From contig JBHGNT010000013.1 of assembly GCA_043228905.1 (NCBI GenBank), positions 6,882,001 through 6,946,000 of the forward strand: a stretch of 64,000 nucleotides of DNA, read 5' to 3'. Within the stretch, counting starts at the first letter, position 1. The number at the start of each line of letters is the position of its first letter. Both the position numbers and the translations under genes were made by a program. The notes beneath the pieces were generated by a model, which worked only from the letters and a program-made list of their open reading frames with translations, searched no databases and had not been told where the DNA came from. Shown one piece after another: positions 1 to 13,609 of the stretch. This DNA comes from Azolla caroliniana. Its lineage: Eukaryota; Plantae; Polypodiophyta.

Positions 1-109
1 TCTCTAGTATTATCCCTGATCAACACCAGTTACGGAATCTTTCAATTAATCAACTCATCCCTTTGATTATCTTCTACTCTCTTGTGTATATTTTCTATTC
101 GTGATAGAA

Positions 110-290
110 ACAAGAAGGAAGGACAAGGGTGTCCTGTCTCAGATGGAGGCAAACGTGGCACACCACTCCGGTAGAGGAAGAAGCAAAGAAGTCCACAAAA
201 GAGAGACAAGTCTCATGTAAGGTCCAAGTCTAGAGGAAAGCTCATATGCTTCTATTGCGGAAAACCTAGACACTTCCAAAAGGACACTTT
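110..290 (+). pseudogene. Decayed Ty1/copia gag fragment (RS-rich region and degenerate zinc knuckle)
   Basis: Reads roughly ...SPQKRDKSHVRSKSRGKLICFYCGKPRHFQKD, similar to the gag of the Copia at 39955-41177 (RSPQRREKSGTRSQSRGRPTCFHCGKPGHF). Confidence 0.6.
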
Positions 291-320
291 GTCGGATGCA
301 GAGGATCTTCAACCTTAGCG

Positions 321-811
321 ATTTGATACCATGAAAAGAGTTGTGTATGTAGAAGCTTGTACATAAAGAACACATTTGGTTAAGCCGGACACCTGTAGAC
401 AGTTAGGTATACATAGAAAGGGAGAGAGGGAGAGGGAGAGACAGAGATGAGCAAACACAAAAACAAATTCTATTGCTAACATCACACACTATACAAGATG
501 ATGTGCTCACTGAGCACCTTTTATACAAGTCTTCTTGACAAAGGACTAACAGAAGTACTGACTAGTACTTCAATGCTCATAAAAGAGCCACTCACACTAA
601 CTGCCTATAACATTCCTATTACTAAGAATAGGAATATAGGCCCTAACGGCATGTCGACCTTGAGCCGATCCGGCTTCTGGCTTATTCAGCTCATCCGGTA
701 TCCGGCTTCTTTGGCCAACTCTACCCAACCAATCAGATTGTCGGCTTCTTCAGTCGACTCAGCCTTTTGGCCTTTAGCCAATTCGGGTCATGTTGATCTT
801 GTCACTCAACA
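321..811 (-). mobile_element. Copia 5' LTR (332-811) plus tRNA-iMet PBS (322-331), internal part lost; same family as the LTR at 11016-11473
   Basis: Minus strand starts TGTTGAG and ends ...TTTTCA, followed by TGGTATCAAA. It shares blocks such as GAGCATTGAAGTAC..GTCAGTACTTCTGT..GACTTGTATAAAA..GTGCTCA.TGAGCACAT with 11220-11298. Confidence 0.8.
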
Positions 812-829
812 CCATACCGTACCATACCC

Positions 830-1500
830 TAGGCTTTAGTTGTGGAATCTCTCATGTATGCAATATAGTTGCAACCCGACTCAACCCCATATATATATTG
901 CCCCTACAGTTGAGTTGGATTGTCACTAGGGAGGTTTATGTAGAATCCGGGTCACATAATAAATACATTGGACAATTTTGTCAACCACATTTTTAGGTAT
1001 CTCCTTGGCACAAAGGATCGATCTTGCTAGACTTTCTGGCTTGATCGGGACATCCGAACCTTATCTCACATGCTTCACAAAGTCCAGCTACGTTGGGTAC
1101 ACTGATAGTCATAATTCCATTTCCCACTGTATTATCCAATACTCGAGAGGAGCTATTTCGTTAGACTAGAGATCCAAACTCCAAGAAATACACTACAACG
1201 TCTTCAGCCATGACAAAATACATAGCAGCTTCCAAAGCATGCAAAGAAGCAATTTGATGACTCGCTTGAGCACTCGAACATGACAACTTGGACTCCATCC
1301 CGACCCTTCAGAGTGACAATCAAGGTGCGATCCTACATGCCAAAAGCCTAGTTTATCATGCAAAAATTGAAGCACATTGAAATATGATGCCAATTCTTTC
1401 GTGAATGGTATCTACCTCATCAAAGTCCACACTGAGGATAATGTCACAAATCTCTAAAAGCTTGCCACCAAACTACTTCTAGCTCCTTTTCACCAACAAG
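830..1500 (-). pseudogene. Highly decayed Copia integrase-region remnant
   Basis: The minus strand gives ESLARSILCAKEIPKNVVDKIVQCIYYVTR, resembling the copia integrase MARSML..K.LPK.LW.EAV..A.Y..NR; many stops and frameshifts. Confidence 0.4.
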
Positions 1501-1795
1501 TGGGCCTTCAACAACACAACTTGACCTAACAAGCTCTTAGGTCACCTCCCATTTTTTAATTTCATACCTGACTTACTCTATGGGGGCATCTTCTCCTCTA
1601 TCTATGTATCCCAATTGTTGTTGCGCCTCTCCTACTATATGTATTGTTCATTACAAGGGCATGTTGAAGGGTATTGTACCCTACATACACCTTTTGCCCC
1701 CTTTCACACACTTGTACATTGTCCCTCTCATTATCAATATAAAGGGGAGAGGTGATTCCTCACCTGCAAGTAAATTAGTGTCTTACATTTGGTGA

Positions 1796-1798
<3 letters not shown>

Positions 1799-1836
<38 letters not shown>
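1799..1836. repeat. (CT)n microsatellite
   Basis: Direct reading. Confidence 0.95.
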
Positions 1837-1839
<3 letters not shown>

Positions 1840-2669
1840 CACCTAGAACTCCGTGACCTTGCCCCCTCTACCCTCACCTTACTCTTGAGTCTCCACCCGA
1901 TTCCCCCACAATGGGAACTCCACAAGGAAAAGATAAAAAGTATCTTCACCTCAAATTGTAGGGCTTCTAGGGTAGAAAAACTAATATTTCAATAACATTT
2001 ACTGATATGTAAACAAAACACCCACAAATGTCTGAAATTGCATTGAAATGAAGAAAAACATAAACATCATCATGTATACAAGAAACTTGTGAGAATTGAA
2101 TTAATATATGACCATTTTTACAGTTGATATAGTTGCTTTTTCAGGGTTGGTTGTACACTAAAAACCAAAACAATATTGGTCATAACCAAGAATTGTTTTG
2201 TTTGGAATAGTAGTACTTTGTGTACAAGATGAGGAGTTAAGTTCCCAACCCTGTCCCCAAAGTCTTTAAAATGAGAAAACAAAACTTATCTTTTCAAACA
2301 GCGCTGCTATATATAGCTAACCATGGACATAAAGGGAACAAGCAGCCTCGATCATAGACTAAGGTCATAACCAATTGAAGAAGGATAGGATCGTAGTTCA
2401 TCAGATGTCCAATCAGAGTCTGGGAATCACTTTGTTGCCCTATCCATGTCCACCCAGTATTCTCGTACATGTAAATGTTAGCATGCATTGCTTCGAGCTA
2501 TAATCAATCTCTCATAACGTACATACCATTTGGGCTGCTTAGAGATTTTTGCAGATGAACTCATCTTGAAAGTTCTATAAAAGTCAAGCCCGATCATACG
2601 ACCAAGGAATATTGCAGCAAGACAAGTCAAAAAGTAATAAAGAGTCCAGCAGCAAGTGAGGAGCTCTTT

Positions 2670-5600
2670 TCAGGGCAAAATCTCTTCTGGTAAGTCTCTG
2701 TCAAAAGACCCCAAGCCAAAATGTCTCGCCCAAACACTGTGCTCATCCACACTTCCCCATTTCCCCAGACCTCTTAGCTTGTATCTTGTTACCTTACTTC
2801 TACTACTTTGCCTCAGTTCAGGCCCCGAGATGCTATGCCTTCGTAATCGAGAACGATGATGGCCAATGAATCTTCTTGAATCAGGGAAAATTCCTGTTAT
2901 AGAAAGGGGCCGATCAACACCCAACTCCCCCGAATCATAATCCACTGAGATGAAGGAAGTGGTGTCAGTAGCAATATACTGCGCTTTCCTGTCAAGCCAG
3001 TGGTGTTCTAACAATACACCCCTTGTGATTCCATGCTCAAGCTCAAGCAAAGGTTCACCTCCGCCTTCGCTAACATTGCTAAACCTAGTACAGATTGGCA
3101 CATCACGATCGTCATAGATGAGTTTCAAGGCTTGAACTACCTCACCCATGAAAGGGCGTTGCGAGACTTCAGGCTGAACGCACATGGAGGCAATAGCTGC
3201 AACCCGAACAAGATTGTCAGGAGGATAATTGCCTCGAAGGCAAGGGTCAACAACCATCTTGATGCCTTCTTCGCTAGTAAGAAGAGGCCTGGCCCATGTC
3301 ACAAGGTTCTCCTGACCTGGAGGTTGCGACATATCCACCGGCTTCCGTCCTGTCAGAAGTTCTAATAACACCACTCCATAGCTGTATACATCACTTTTAA
3401 CGAGCAAATGTCCAGTCATCGCATATTCGGGAGCTACATACCTGTTATTAGATCATTATATGGCATGAGAACAATGTTAAATGCGTACATAGATATGGGA
3501 GATTAACACAGAGGCTTGAGTGCTAAGGAATGAAACATTTATACCCAAACGTCCCCATGACTCTCGTCGAAAGATGTCCCCGGTTTTCGTCTGGAGCACT
3601 TCTTGCCAATCCGAAATCTGACACCTTTGGATTGAAGTCATTCTCGAGCAGAATGTTGCTCGCCTTGAAATCTCGATGGATGACACGGGGATTGGAATCT
3701 TCATGGAGGTACGCGAGGCCTCGAGCAGCCCCCAGTGCTATCTTCATGCGCGTCTGCCAATTTAGAGGAGATATCTCTTTATCCACACCTGAAAAACACA
3801 ACATTTTGTCCTATTTCCATTATTTACAGTATTACATTAGCCCATAGGCATGCATTTGGTCAGACCAGAGTTAATGTATTGATTACATATATGCTCATGG
3901 CAAGAATGTCCATGTTCTCACTTACCATGTAGATGCGATTCCACACTTCCATTGGGGATTAGTTCATATACAAGGCATCGATTATGATCATTAGCACAAA
4001 TACCGATGAGCTTTACTAAGTTGCGGTGATGGAGACGGCTCAACATCTCTACTTCTGCAACAAATTCTTTGCCTCCTTCATCCCTTGTCAGCACTTTCAC
4101 AGCAACCCTTGTTCCATCATCCAAAGTGCCACAATATACTCTTCCAAAGCCTCCTTCCCCAATCACATTCTCTGGATTGAACTTGTCAGTAGCCCTCTCA
4201 AGCTCTGCAAGGGTGAACGCTTTTGCACTATTTGCATAGATAGGCATACTTGATGCAAAAGAAATGGAAACTGAGCTCCCATGATCACTGGATAACGCAT
4301 CATGCCCACCTGTAGTTTTCAAACCTCTCTATCTCTATGTCTCCTTACCTATCCTTATACACATTCCTCTGTCAATTTCGAAAGGCACTCTCAATTTCAA
4401 AGTTCATTAGTTTGAACATTGACAGTCATTAATCAACTCCATATAGGTTAAGTTAAGAATGCTTCATTTTGGTTCCATAGGTCATATTAGACTCGAAGAA
4501 CAATAATAAAACCTATATATCTATGGAACATACAGGAATGCATTTGATTCCTTAAGCTTGGAGCTCTCAGACCCCATCTTAGTCCTCGTTACCCCTCATT
4601 TTACAGTCTTATCTTAGCATTATTTTTTCTGTTCTTGTCATTTGATTTTGCTATGGATACTCAAAAGTGCACACGTATACATGATTTGTCTCTCATCGGA
4701 CCCAGTCTCCCTCTTTCAGTAAGCTTTATGAATAAAGGGAGATATACCACTATTGCATGTTCTTTAAAATCTTAGAAGTTTCGGTGTTTTTCTTTCTCTC
4801 CCTATTACTAACATACCTTAACCTCATCAATACATAACAATTATTATTTTACATTTGCCTTTAACCTGAAATTTACAATATTGATACCTGATCTTTTGGT
4901 TCTCACAAATATTGGTTCACCTTGAGAAGGGGGAGCTTTGACCTCGTGATATCGAAAGTTAAGAAATAAAAGCCAAAAACATCCAAGACAAGCCATCAAT
5001 GCTATAGCCGAGGTTAATGCAATGACGACAATAACCCAGACGCCCATCCTCTCTCTTTTTCTATCAAAACCAAGCCCCCAGGGATTCTTGTCTGAACTTC
5101 CATTTGTGTCCGGAATTCCGTCAGTTGAATCAGGGAGCCCTTTAAGTACATCATCAAAGAATATGAGTTCATGTTGATAGATAACAGATAGAAAGCACAA
5201 TAAAATGCATTTGATTTAAATTGAATACAAAGCTTAGGCCGAGTTTACCTGGGTACCGTACATATATGACATTATAGTTGCCGAAAAGTGTTACATTCAA
5301 GAGAATCTTGTGCTTCCAAAGCTTTTGAAAGATGAGAAGGGCAGTGAGATTGTCAAAAGCTTGATCCAAAGGCACAAGGTTAACATCTACAATAGAGCAG
5401 TCAGGGTTTCGACTGTCTGCATTTGCTCCAATTATGTCAACCTGGTTTGGAGAGAGCACGGTCCCTTCAGCCAGATTGGCTGCAAGCAAAGATATCAAAG
5501 GAAACAGAGAATAGAGTGGCACACTCAGAACTAGCTTCACTTGGATCGGGCGCACACATCCACACGGTGACATGAATGGAGTCTTTGTTAACGGTGGCAA

Positions 5601-7522
5601 ACACACGATGGCATCACAACCTAACATTAAAACACATTGTCAGAGTCACCACGTTGTCAGAGTTTACTACACATACAAGTTCATTTTAATACCTTCTCGT
5701 GGTAGTGGAGGACGTGATGTCCTGGGTGACATTGGCGAGGGAGAGATATGTTCCTTTGACGGAGGTGGATGTGATTTCATGGGCAATGGTGATGGTGGTT
5801 GTGGAGCAATATAAGGAGTATTTCCTGCATTTAAAAGAAAAACTTTTTGTCTCAGATATCATATGCTACAAGAATAACCTCAAACATGTTTATTTTGGTT
5901 TGTTGTTCTCCACGAGAATACAACCTCATTCAATTGCATAGGACCATTGTAGCCTCTTAATAGACGTTAACAGATCCTTCTTTTCTTTCTTCGAGACATT
6001 ACCTCGAGATGGGCTAGTCGTAGTATTTAGATATCTGTGTGGTGGTGGTGGTTGTCTTGGCAGAGGTGGTGGAGATCTTCTCAAGATTGGAGGAGACCAT
6101 TCAAACAATAACGGTGGTGGCGACAAAACATTTGCCAACGGTGATGATGGTGGCGGTAGCCTCTTCAAAAGAGGTGGAGATAATCGCATAGGATCATCTG
6201 ACGTTGAGGATGATGGGGACGGGGACGGGGACGGGGATAGGGATGGATGTGGGTATGGGTATGGGGAAGAAGGTGATGGCAGCAGTGGCCACTTCATGGG
6301 AGGGGGAGGTGACATTAATGGATGATGGGGCGGCAGCAGTGGTGATTTTGATGATAGAAGACCATGGTTATGATGGTGATGGTGATGGTGATGGCGATGG
6401 TGATGGTGATATCTTCTATTTAATGTCATTAGTGTCAAGGATGGTTGAGGTTGAGTCGGAGGTTGAAATGATGTGGTAAGGGCAGCAGTAGGAAACATAT
6501 GGCGAGATTGTAGATAAACTCTTGGGACATATTGATTTTTTACATTGGAGCCCTTGCATTGAGAATGATGCCGATTATTATATGTATTCTTGAGAAGGAT
6601 GGCCAAAGCATTTGTTGACGGCCACACATCTCTCCACAAAATGCCTTCCCTTGCAGATGGGAGCTCACTTCTTTCAATGGGTCCCATGCATGTCCCTATT
6701 CATGCCAGATATGCCCAATATTAATGTCATCATTTTCCCCATTTCTCACTTACCTTGCAAACCAGATTTGTTTGAAATTCCAATGTTTCTACATTTCTTT
6801 AAGAGAGGACCCATCTTTTTTTTCTTTTTCTTTTTTTTTTTCTTTTTTTTGGGGGGGGGGGGGGCGGGGCGTTCCACGCAGAAAGCTAACTAGGTGCATC
6901 CTTTCAGAGAAAGGAGTTTGTTCTAAACTACAGCTTGCCTATAAGACCAGAAAGGAGAATATAGCAATCGTATTCCATGTTGAAGACTAGAAACGAGTAA
7001 TGTTGTTCAGAAATAAACAATGGTGTTCTAATGAGAACATTGATTCCAGACTATGACAGGACATTGCATCACTTTTCGAACAAGAAAATCTTCATATTTT
7101 TACAAATATCATGCAAAATCTACGTTAACACTGCATGCTATATTAATGTAATGAACAAGATGCCACATTGATGTATCGAAGTACATGCAAGTATCAAACT
7201 AAATGCTACATTCGGGTATTGAAGCATGTTTTCCTCCTGACCAGCTAACTCTTTTTTCTGATATGATTGAATGTGTATTTTATTCTAACAAGGAATGGTG
7301 GCCAATCAGAGCTTTGAACATAAAACTCTGTTTCAAACAAAATTTATAAAAGACTATGGAGCATAAAGTAACATATATACATACATATATATATACTACT
7401 TTAAAGGGAAACAAAGAGACGAAGGGCATACCAGAACCAAAACATTGTGCTCTGAGACACAGAAGAAGAGTGAAGTAGATCATGTGAACCATATTGAAGT
7501 GCTGCGGCATTATACAAAGCAT
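2670..7522 (-). CDS. ALE2-like: ALE2-like (extensin/proline-rich family) receptor-like Ser/Thr kinase; exons 7432-7522, 6003-6695, 5693-5824, 5249-5620, 4888-5139, 3926-4309, 3545-3788, 2670-3441 (2940 nt, 979 aa)
   Basis: All introns are GT-AG with consistent phases. Features in order: hydrophobic N-terminal signal ([16 protein letters not shown]), His/Pro-rich ectodomain, ALE2-type CxxxxCxPPLTxTPxxSPCGCVxP motif, TM segment ([27 protein letters not shown]), kinase motifs [37 protein letters not shown]. Boundaries of the first two exons are less certain. Confidence 0.9.
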
Positions 7523-7684
7523 CCTTTATGGTTCTTCTCAAAAGAAGACATAAAGAGATGGAAGTGAAGGGCATCTTTTCCTGTAAATATCCTACCAGTT
7601 GATGATTGTTTAGAGAAGGAAGTAGACGGGGCAGCAATGCCTTCCTGTTTGAGGAATTGCAAGCTCTCCATTAGACAACAGATC

Positions 7685-7955
7685 ATTTCAGGTTTTTTGG
7701 GTTTGGCTTTGGGCTTTGGAATGTAAGGTTGCACAGGTAAGGGATTTTATTGCAGGGTTTTGGGTTCTCTATAGTTTTGAGGGTTATAGGTCTTTAAGGT
7801 CTTGGTTTGATTTGTTAGGGTCTAAACAGTTGGATTTTCTTAGGGATTTGGATATTGTAAGGTTTCAGGATTTAGGCAGCTAAATTTTTTGGTTATAAGT
7901 ATAAGTCTGTAAGGGTTAGGGTTTGAACATTTCAGGGTTGAAGGTTTGGATTAGA
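7685..7955. repeat. Degenerate telomere-like (TTTAGGG-like) G/T-skewed tract, probably in a 5' UTR intron of the kinase gene
   Basis: Repeated AGGGTT/TTAGGG/TTTAGG/AGGTTT units. Candidate GT donor near 8121 and AG acceptor near 7582 on the minus strand. Confidence 0.5.
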
Positions 7956-8139
7956 AATGAAGAGTCAAATTCATACAACAAGGCTCAACAATTTGTAACT
8001 TATTCTCTTGAGTCATCTCACTTTCTCTCTCTTACTTGATCCTGATTGGATGGTGGCAACGCTATTGCTACAATTTGCTGAGTAAGCGAAGAGGAGAGAA
8101 GAAGTGGAGGTGAAGGATATACCAGTTCCTGCTGCTTAT

Positions 8140-8493
8140 ACTTCTTCTTCTTCTTCTTCTTCTTCTTAGCTTAGAAGAACAACATACAAAGGTACCCATC
8201 TCCTCAGAGCTGGACAGAAATCTTTTGGGCGGCCTTCTTCTCTTCTCTTCTCTCTCTCTCTCTCTCTCCTTTCTGTGTGTCTGTGTATTTGTGGGCGATG
8301 GAGAAAATGAAGCAAAAACAGAATGTAAGTTGCTTTTATCATTCAAATTTCAAAATCTCTATCCCTATACATACATATATCTCTGTTACCTGTAATATGC
8401 ATGTGTGTGTGTGTGTGTCTCTGCATATACATATGTACATATGTATGTATAATGTACATATATATACATACATATTCATATTCTCTCTCCTCT

Positions 8494-8530
<37 letters not shown>

Positions 8531-8600
8531 GATGGATGGATGGATGGATGGGGATATGTACATAATCGATCAATGTATGTATGTATGTAGTAAACATCAT
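8140..8600. repeat. Microsatellite cluster, (TTC)n, (CT)n, (GT)n, (TGGA)n, at the likely 5' UTR/promoter of the kinase gene
   Basis: Direct reading. Confidence 0.85.
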
Positions 8601-9535
8601 TCTTTGTGTGTATGGCCTCGTTGTTTATATAATAACTCGTTCACAATTTCATGTATGTTAGTTTATTGCCTCTCTTGTACCTTTTCGGTCCTTTTTCTTT
8701 TGAGATATGGATGGATGATGATGAGAGTGACACTGATAGGGAGGGATATCCCTCGCACTCGAGAGACCATAACATAAACTTGTCGCATATAGAAGAAGAA
8801 ACAAATGTGTTACATGAATTGTCTTATTGTCCTGCAAATTCTCGTCCTCAAGAGACCAATAACATGATGAGCTATACCTAGAAACAAAAAACATTATGAG
8901 AGAACATCCTCTTTGAGTGCACATCACCAGTGATGGAGACCACTGACATGACCTATCGTACCCAAAAACAACACACCTAACCAATGATATCATCATCATC
9001 AAGAGACCACTCAATGACCACATAACCAATGAGTGAAGAGGAAATGGGGTACAAAGTGGTAGTTTGCAACTCAAAGATGTCGTGCAAAGTTTGTGCATTG
9101 GTAAGTCATGGTAAAAAATGCATTATGGCAAATCATTGTGGTTGCTTTCATATCGTAGCATGTAGTGCCCCCTATCCTCAACATTTTCATCCTACACAAA
9201 GCATATAAATGCATTTTGCTCTAACGAGGCATCTCCATTCTTCATTTTGAATTTCAAGATCATGTCTATTGGCATGGTGGGAAGTGATTGTTTGTCTCAC
9301 TTTGAATCGCATGGAGATCACATCATTTCTTCAGAGGTGTGTGGGTTTATTTCAATGGAATTATTTTGTGTTTTGTCATTCTCTACCATCCTCGTTCCAT
9401 TTGTCTATAAGTGAGTTTTAATGCACGATTCAAGGTTGGTTGTGAGCATAACATCACAAATGTATCTCAAGAAGTACGACCATGTTTGATCCATTAACCA
9501 TTCATGGTTGGAATGTGTGCAATTTAAGTAGAGAA

Positions 9536-9567
9536 ATGTGTGTGTGTGTGTGTGTGCGCGCGCGCGC
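9536..9567. repeat. Compound (TG)n(CG)n microsatellite
   Basis: Direct reading. Confidence 0.9.
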
Positions 9568-10904
9568 CTTGTTTCATTCAATAGTGCTTGCTAGCATTCC
9601 AAGTATGGGTTGGTAGGTGATGTGCCTACATGTTCTTCATGAAGTCAGAGAGGTAGATAGAAATTATATTACTGACACCGAGAAGTTACTGATATGATCT
9701 ATGACCTATTGTGAGGATCTTGCGATTTTAAGTATTTGATTCTACATTATAAACCACCACGCAAAAATAACAATGACGATAACACTTTAACGTCCTCATG
9801 AAGCAAGAATCGTGACCCAATCAACTAAAATAGCTTTACAAGGTGATAGGTTGAATGAAGTGCTTTTATCTAGAGAACACATTCAAGGAAAGAACAAGAT
9901 GTTTGAACTTCTGGCCAATTCATTAAAGGTTTCTTTCGAGATATGCTAAATAAGGTGAAAAACGCACAAAGTCCCTTTTAACCTTACTTAGGAAGCTTTC
10001 TTGACCTTTTGAAAGGAGTACAAAAGGTTTTCCACAAGGCACCATATCATCATTCAGCACATCGATAAACACCTAGTCAACATCAAAACTTTCTTGTAAA
10101 GAACATGATAAAGAAGGAAGATAAAAGCATCTCTCAATTTTAAAACTTACTTCAAAAATAGCATGGTCCTACCTTCTAAGAGAAGCTTGACCTTTCTCCT
10201 CAATTAAGTGGTTTGGTAAATTATTTAGGCATCTTGATGAAATGGTCAACTTTTAAAAACTAATGGCACTAGAAAGAAAGAAATATATATTAACCTCTTC
10301 TAAGACCAAAATTGGCCCATGAGATAATTGGTTTACGACAAAATGGGGTATATATTTTGTAAACTCTTTGGAAAAGATTTTGGTAGCGAGTTGGAAGTGG
10401 GATATTTTTAATCAAAGAGGTCGGATACTAGTATTGATGCCTAGGAACCCACCAACAAGATAATTTGTTTTTCAATATAATTTATCTGAATATGCAATTT
10501 GATTTCTTGTTTTATTGGTGATGTTGTTGGTTAGTTAGATATTAATAGTTGTTGGATTTTTAGATATTAATCCAATGGAATGACTATGGTGTAAGTATCA
10601 TGATTATAGTTTTTTTATCAAATTAGTAAAAACTATAGATAAATCTTCTTGAATTCATGGCTTTACATTAGTTTAACTTGGTTTGGGGTAACCTCACTTG
10701 AAATCCATTGTGTTGTTCATTTGAGAAGGTAGAAGTGATGTAGCAACTCAACTCAATCTCCTTTGGTTTTAAAGGAGATGAAATGTGGTGGTAGAACATG
10801 AAGGGCTAGAGAACAAACCTTATACAAGCAATGAAGGGGCCACAATTCACCAAGGTGTGAATGCATGAGAAAGGGACACAAATGAGTATGTGCATGCATT
10901 GATG

Positions 10905-11015
10905 AGAAGAAGTGGGGAAGGTTGATTGAGAACTACCCAAACACCAAAGAAGGGTTCAAGCATTAAAGAGAATTTGTGAAATGGTGAGTGAGAGGAATGT
11001 CTTGACCAACATCAT
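10905..11015 (+). repeat. 111-bp direct repeat, copy 1 (copy 2 at 21493-21603)
   Basis: AGAAGAAGTGGGGAAGG...GACCAACATCAT occurs at both places with 2 substitutions. Confidence 0.95.
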
Positions 11016-13175
11016 TGTTGAGATACAAGCTCAACATTGGTTGGGTCGGCTGTGCAAGTTGAGAACCGGATCGGTTAGGACCGATCGGTTAGGCCGAACC
11101 GGTGCGTAAATCGGGTGCACAAACCGGTGCACAACAAGAAGCCGTAGCGATGCGTAAACTGCAAGGCCGTTGGAAAGATATTCCACGTAGGAATATATTT
11201 TGGGAGTTAGTGTAGAGCTCATTTATGAGCATTGAAGTACGTGTCAGTACTTCTGTCAGTCCGTATGGACTTGTATAAAAGTGCTCATTGAGCACATCCT
11301 ATGTACAGATTGAGTATTATTATTTTGAAGAGAGTTGTGTGTATTGACCCTCCTCTCTCTTTCTTTCTCTCTCTCTCTCTCTCTCGCATACTATGTGTGT
11401 CCAATCTTTCCATTAAACCTGTGTTTTTTTTACGTTCAGTTTTCTGTTGCTTCCGCACGTTGTTCTTTTTACATGGTATCAGAGCGCGAGGGTTTAGAAC
11501 CTCTGCAGCCGACCTTAGCTCGAGAAGAAAACCTAACCTTCAAAAAGAACAGGAAAAACAGAATGGATAGAGGCATGGCTAGCTCGCTTCCGACCGAGAA
11601 GCTCGACAGAAACAACTACTCGTCTTGGTCGTACAAGATGCACCAATACCTGCTCGGGCATGGATATTGGAGCTATGTCGATGGAGCAAATGACATAGCA
11701 CCCGATTCAACACACAAAGACTTCCCGGCTTGGGAACAATCAGCGAACAGAATTCTCTACTGCTTTGCGTCTTGTGTGGGCGAACAGCTTCTGAGCTATA
11801 TTCGGGATACGAAAACGCCGAAGGATGCTTGGGGAAATCTGAAAAAGATTTTCGCTGCAAGCACCACAGCTAGAAAGCTCCAACTCTGACAGGAGTTGAG
11901 CAACTTGCGACAACGTGACTTGCCGGTGGCTGATTACATCTCGAAGATCAAAGATATATGCGACTCCTTCGCCTCCATGAATGTGAACATCGAGGAAGGC
12001 GAAATGGTGTAGATCTGTCTCGGGGGACTGGCGTCGAAGTTCGGAGCGTTCCGAACTGTTGTGTGCACATGGGAGAATACACCGTCGTTTTTTGACCTAC
12101 AGTCGATGCTCCTTATAGAGGAGAACCACGCGGGTGTGTCGACGAGTACGCATGCCGATAGCAAGATGTTGTACACGGAGGGAGATAGGTTCTGTGGTCG
12201 TGGCGGACGAGGCGAGTCGGTGCGCAATGGAGGTGGCCGACGAGATCAAGGAAGAAGGCACCAAAGTGATGCCGATAGCAATTTCAGACCCTCCGGAAAT
12301 AGGAGTCGAGGTGACAAGAACCGGCAAGGGAAATCCGTCGCGGAATGTTGGTACTGTGGCAAGAAAGGCCACAAGGAGAGCGAGTGATGGAAGAAGTGCG
12401 CCGATTTGGAGAAAACCGGATCCAGATCTGGACAAACTAACAAAGGAAATCGGCAGCGATCATACTACGTCGAAGGATTCGAAAAAGTCGGAAAGGGGGC
12501 AGCCTTCGTGACGAGACACGAAGTGAACTCGATGAAGAAGACCAGCTCGAAATCAGACGAGGTGTGGTACATTGACTCCGACGCATCAAACTACATGACG
12601 AGCCATAAGGAGTGGTTCTCATACCTTGAGAAACCGATGCAACCGGGAGTAGTCACAACAAGAGACGACACTCCGCATTCGATCGAGAATGTCGGTGAAG
12701 TTCCCTTGAGCATGTCGAGCAAAAAGGGAAACTCATGAACGTGTTACACGTCCCAACAATCACGAAGAATCTAGTGTCGGTGGGGCAGATCGTCGACCAG
12801 GGGATGCAAATCCGGTTCACGCATCTCGAGTGCTTCATCGAGGAGGAAGGCCAAGTTATTGCACAAGGGCGCAGAGATGGGAGGATGTTTATCCTCGACA
12901 CCAATGACGTTGGCACCACAATGTTCGCAAAAGGACAAAAAGTCGAGTTGGATATCAACTTGTGGCACAAGCGGATAGGCCACGTCAACTATCAAAGGCT
13001 TAGGACTTGCAGTCGAAACAAGTTGTGTTCGGAATGCCCAAATTTAGTGGCCGGAAGGCCCAAATTTGTGAAGCCTGCCAACTAGGGAAGTAACACTGAC
13101 TTCCTTTCCCCAACGAGCGTAACTAGAACCGGAACAAGCTCGACTTGATACATTCAGATGTATGGGGGCCGACAC
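11016..13175 (+). mobile_element. Ty1/copia #1, 5' part only: LTR 11016-11473, PBS 11474-11485, degenerate gag-PR-GAG_pre-integrase
   Basis: TG...CA LTR and TGGTATCAGAGC PBS. Gag KLDRNNYSSWSYKM, zinc knuckle CWYCGKKGHKESE, protease WYIDSDAS, LWHKRIGH. Breaks at the integrase start DLIHSDVWGPT; several stops and frameshifts. Confidence 0.92.
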
Positions 13176-13561
13176 TGTCTGGCCGGACTAGCCTCAACAC
13201 AGGTGTCTATCCGACACTTCTCCAAAGGGGGTGGTAAGGATTGGATGCTAGGTTACACGCATAAGATGATTACAATTAAGCACGGACGGCAAACAATACG
13301 AGATACAGATAAATACGCAATAATTACTATTGTATTACTTCCGTCAAAACACTTTACAAATCATCAGATCCTTTTATAGGCATCCGGCAAGGTTACAATC
13401 GGTGCGCTTAGGCAACCGACATCCGAATCGGTTCGGATCCGGATCGGTACAACTGTACCGAATCCGTCCCTCCGAATAATAATTCTACTATTATTTACTT
13501 CCTATTATCCGATCCGATTCCGCCTTCCCACTTGTCCTTGCTCTTCTGACCAGCCAACACA

Positions 13562-13601
13562 TGGCACGCCCGTGGGAAAGTGCCTTGCACTTCGAATCCA
13601 C
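13562..13601 (+). promoter_or_regulatory. Inverted tRNA-Arg-type primer-binding site replacing the PPT of element A
   Basis: TGGCACGCCCGTGGGA starts 2 nt inside the 3' LTR boundary, followed by hairpin AGTGC-CTT-GCACT and TCGAATCCAC. Confidence 0.75.
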
Positions 13602-13609
13602 TCCCGGCC

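Noticed and set aside
1640-1997. Possible solo LTR ending AATAACA
   Set aside because: Has TATA-like and CT-rich parts, but I found no TSD and no partner copy.
6360-6415. Poly-His tract in the kinase ectodomain as a novelty
   Set aside because: His/Pro-rich low-complexity ectodomains are ordinary for this extensin-like RLK group.
8850-10650. Possible decayed hAT transposase and LINE RT remnants
   Set aside because: Only faint motif resemblance with no continuous frame; needs a translated search.
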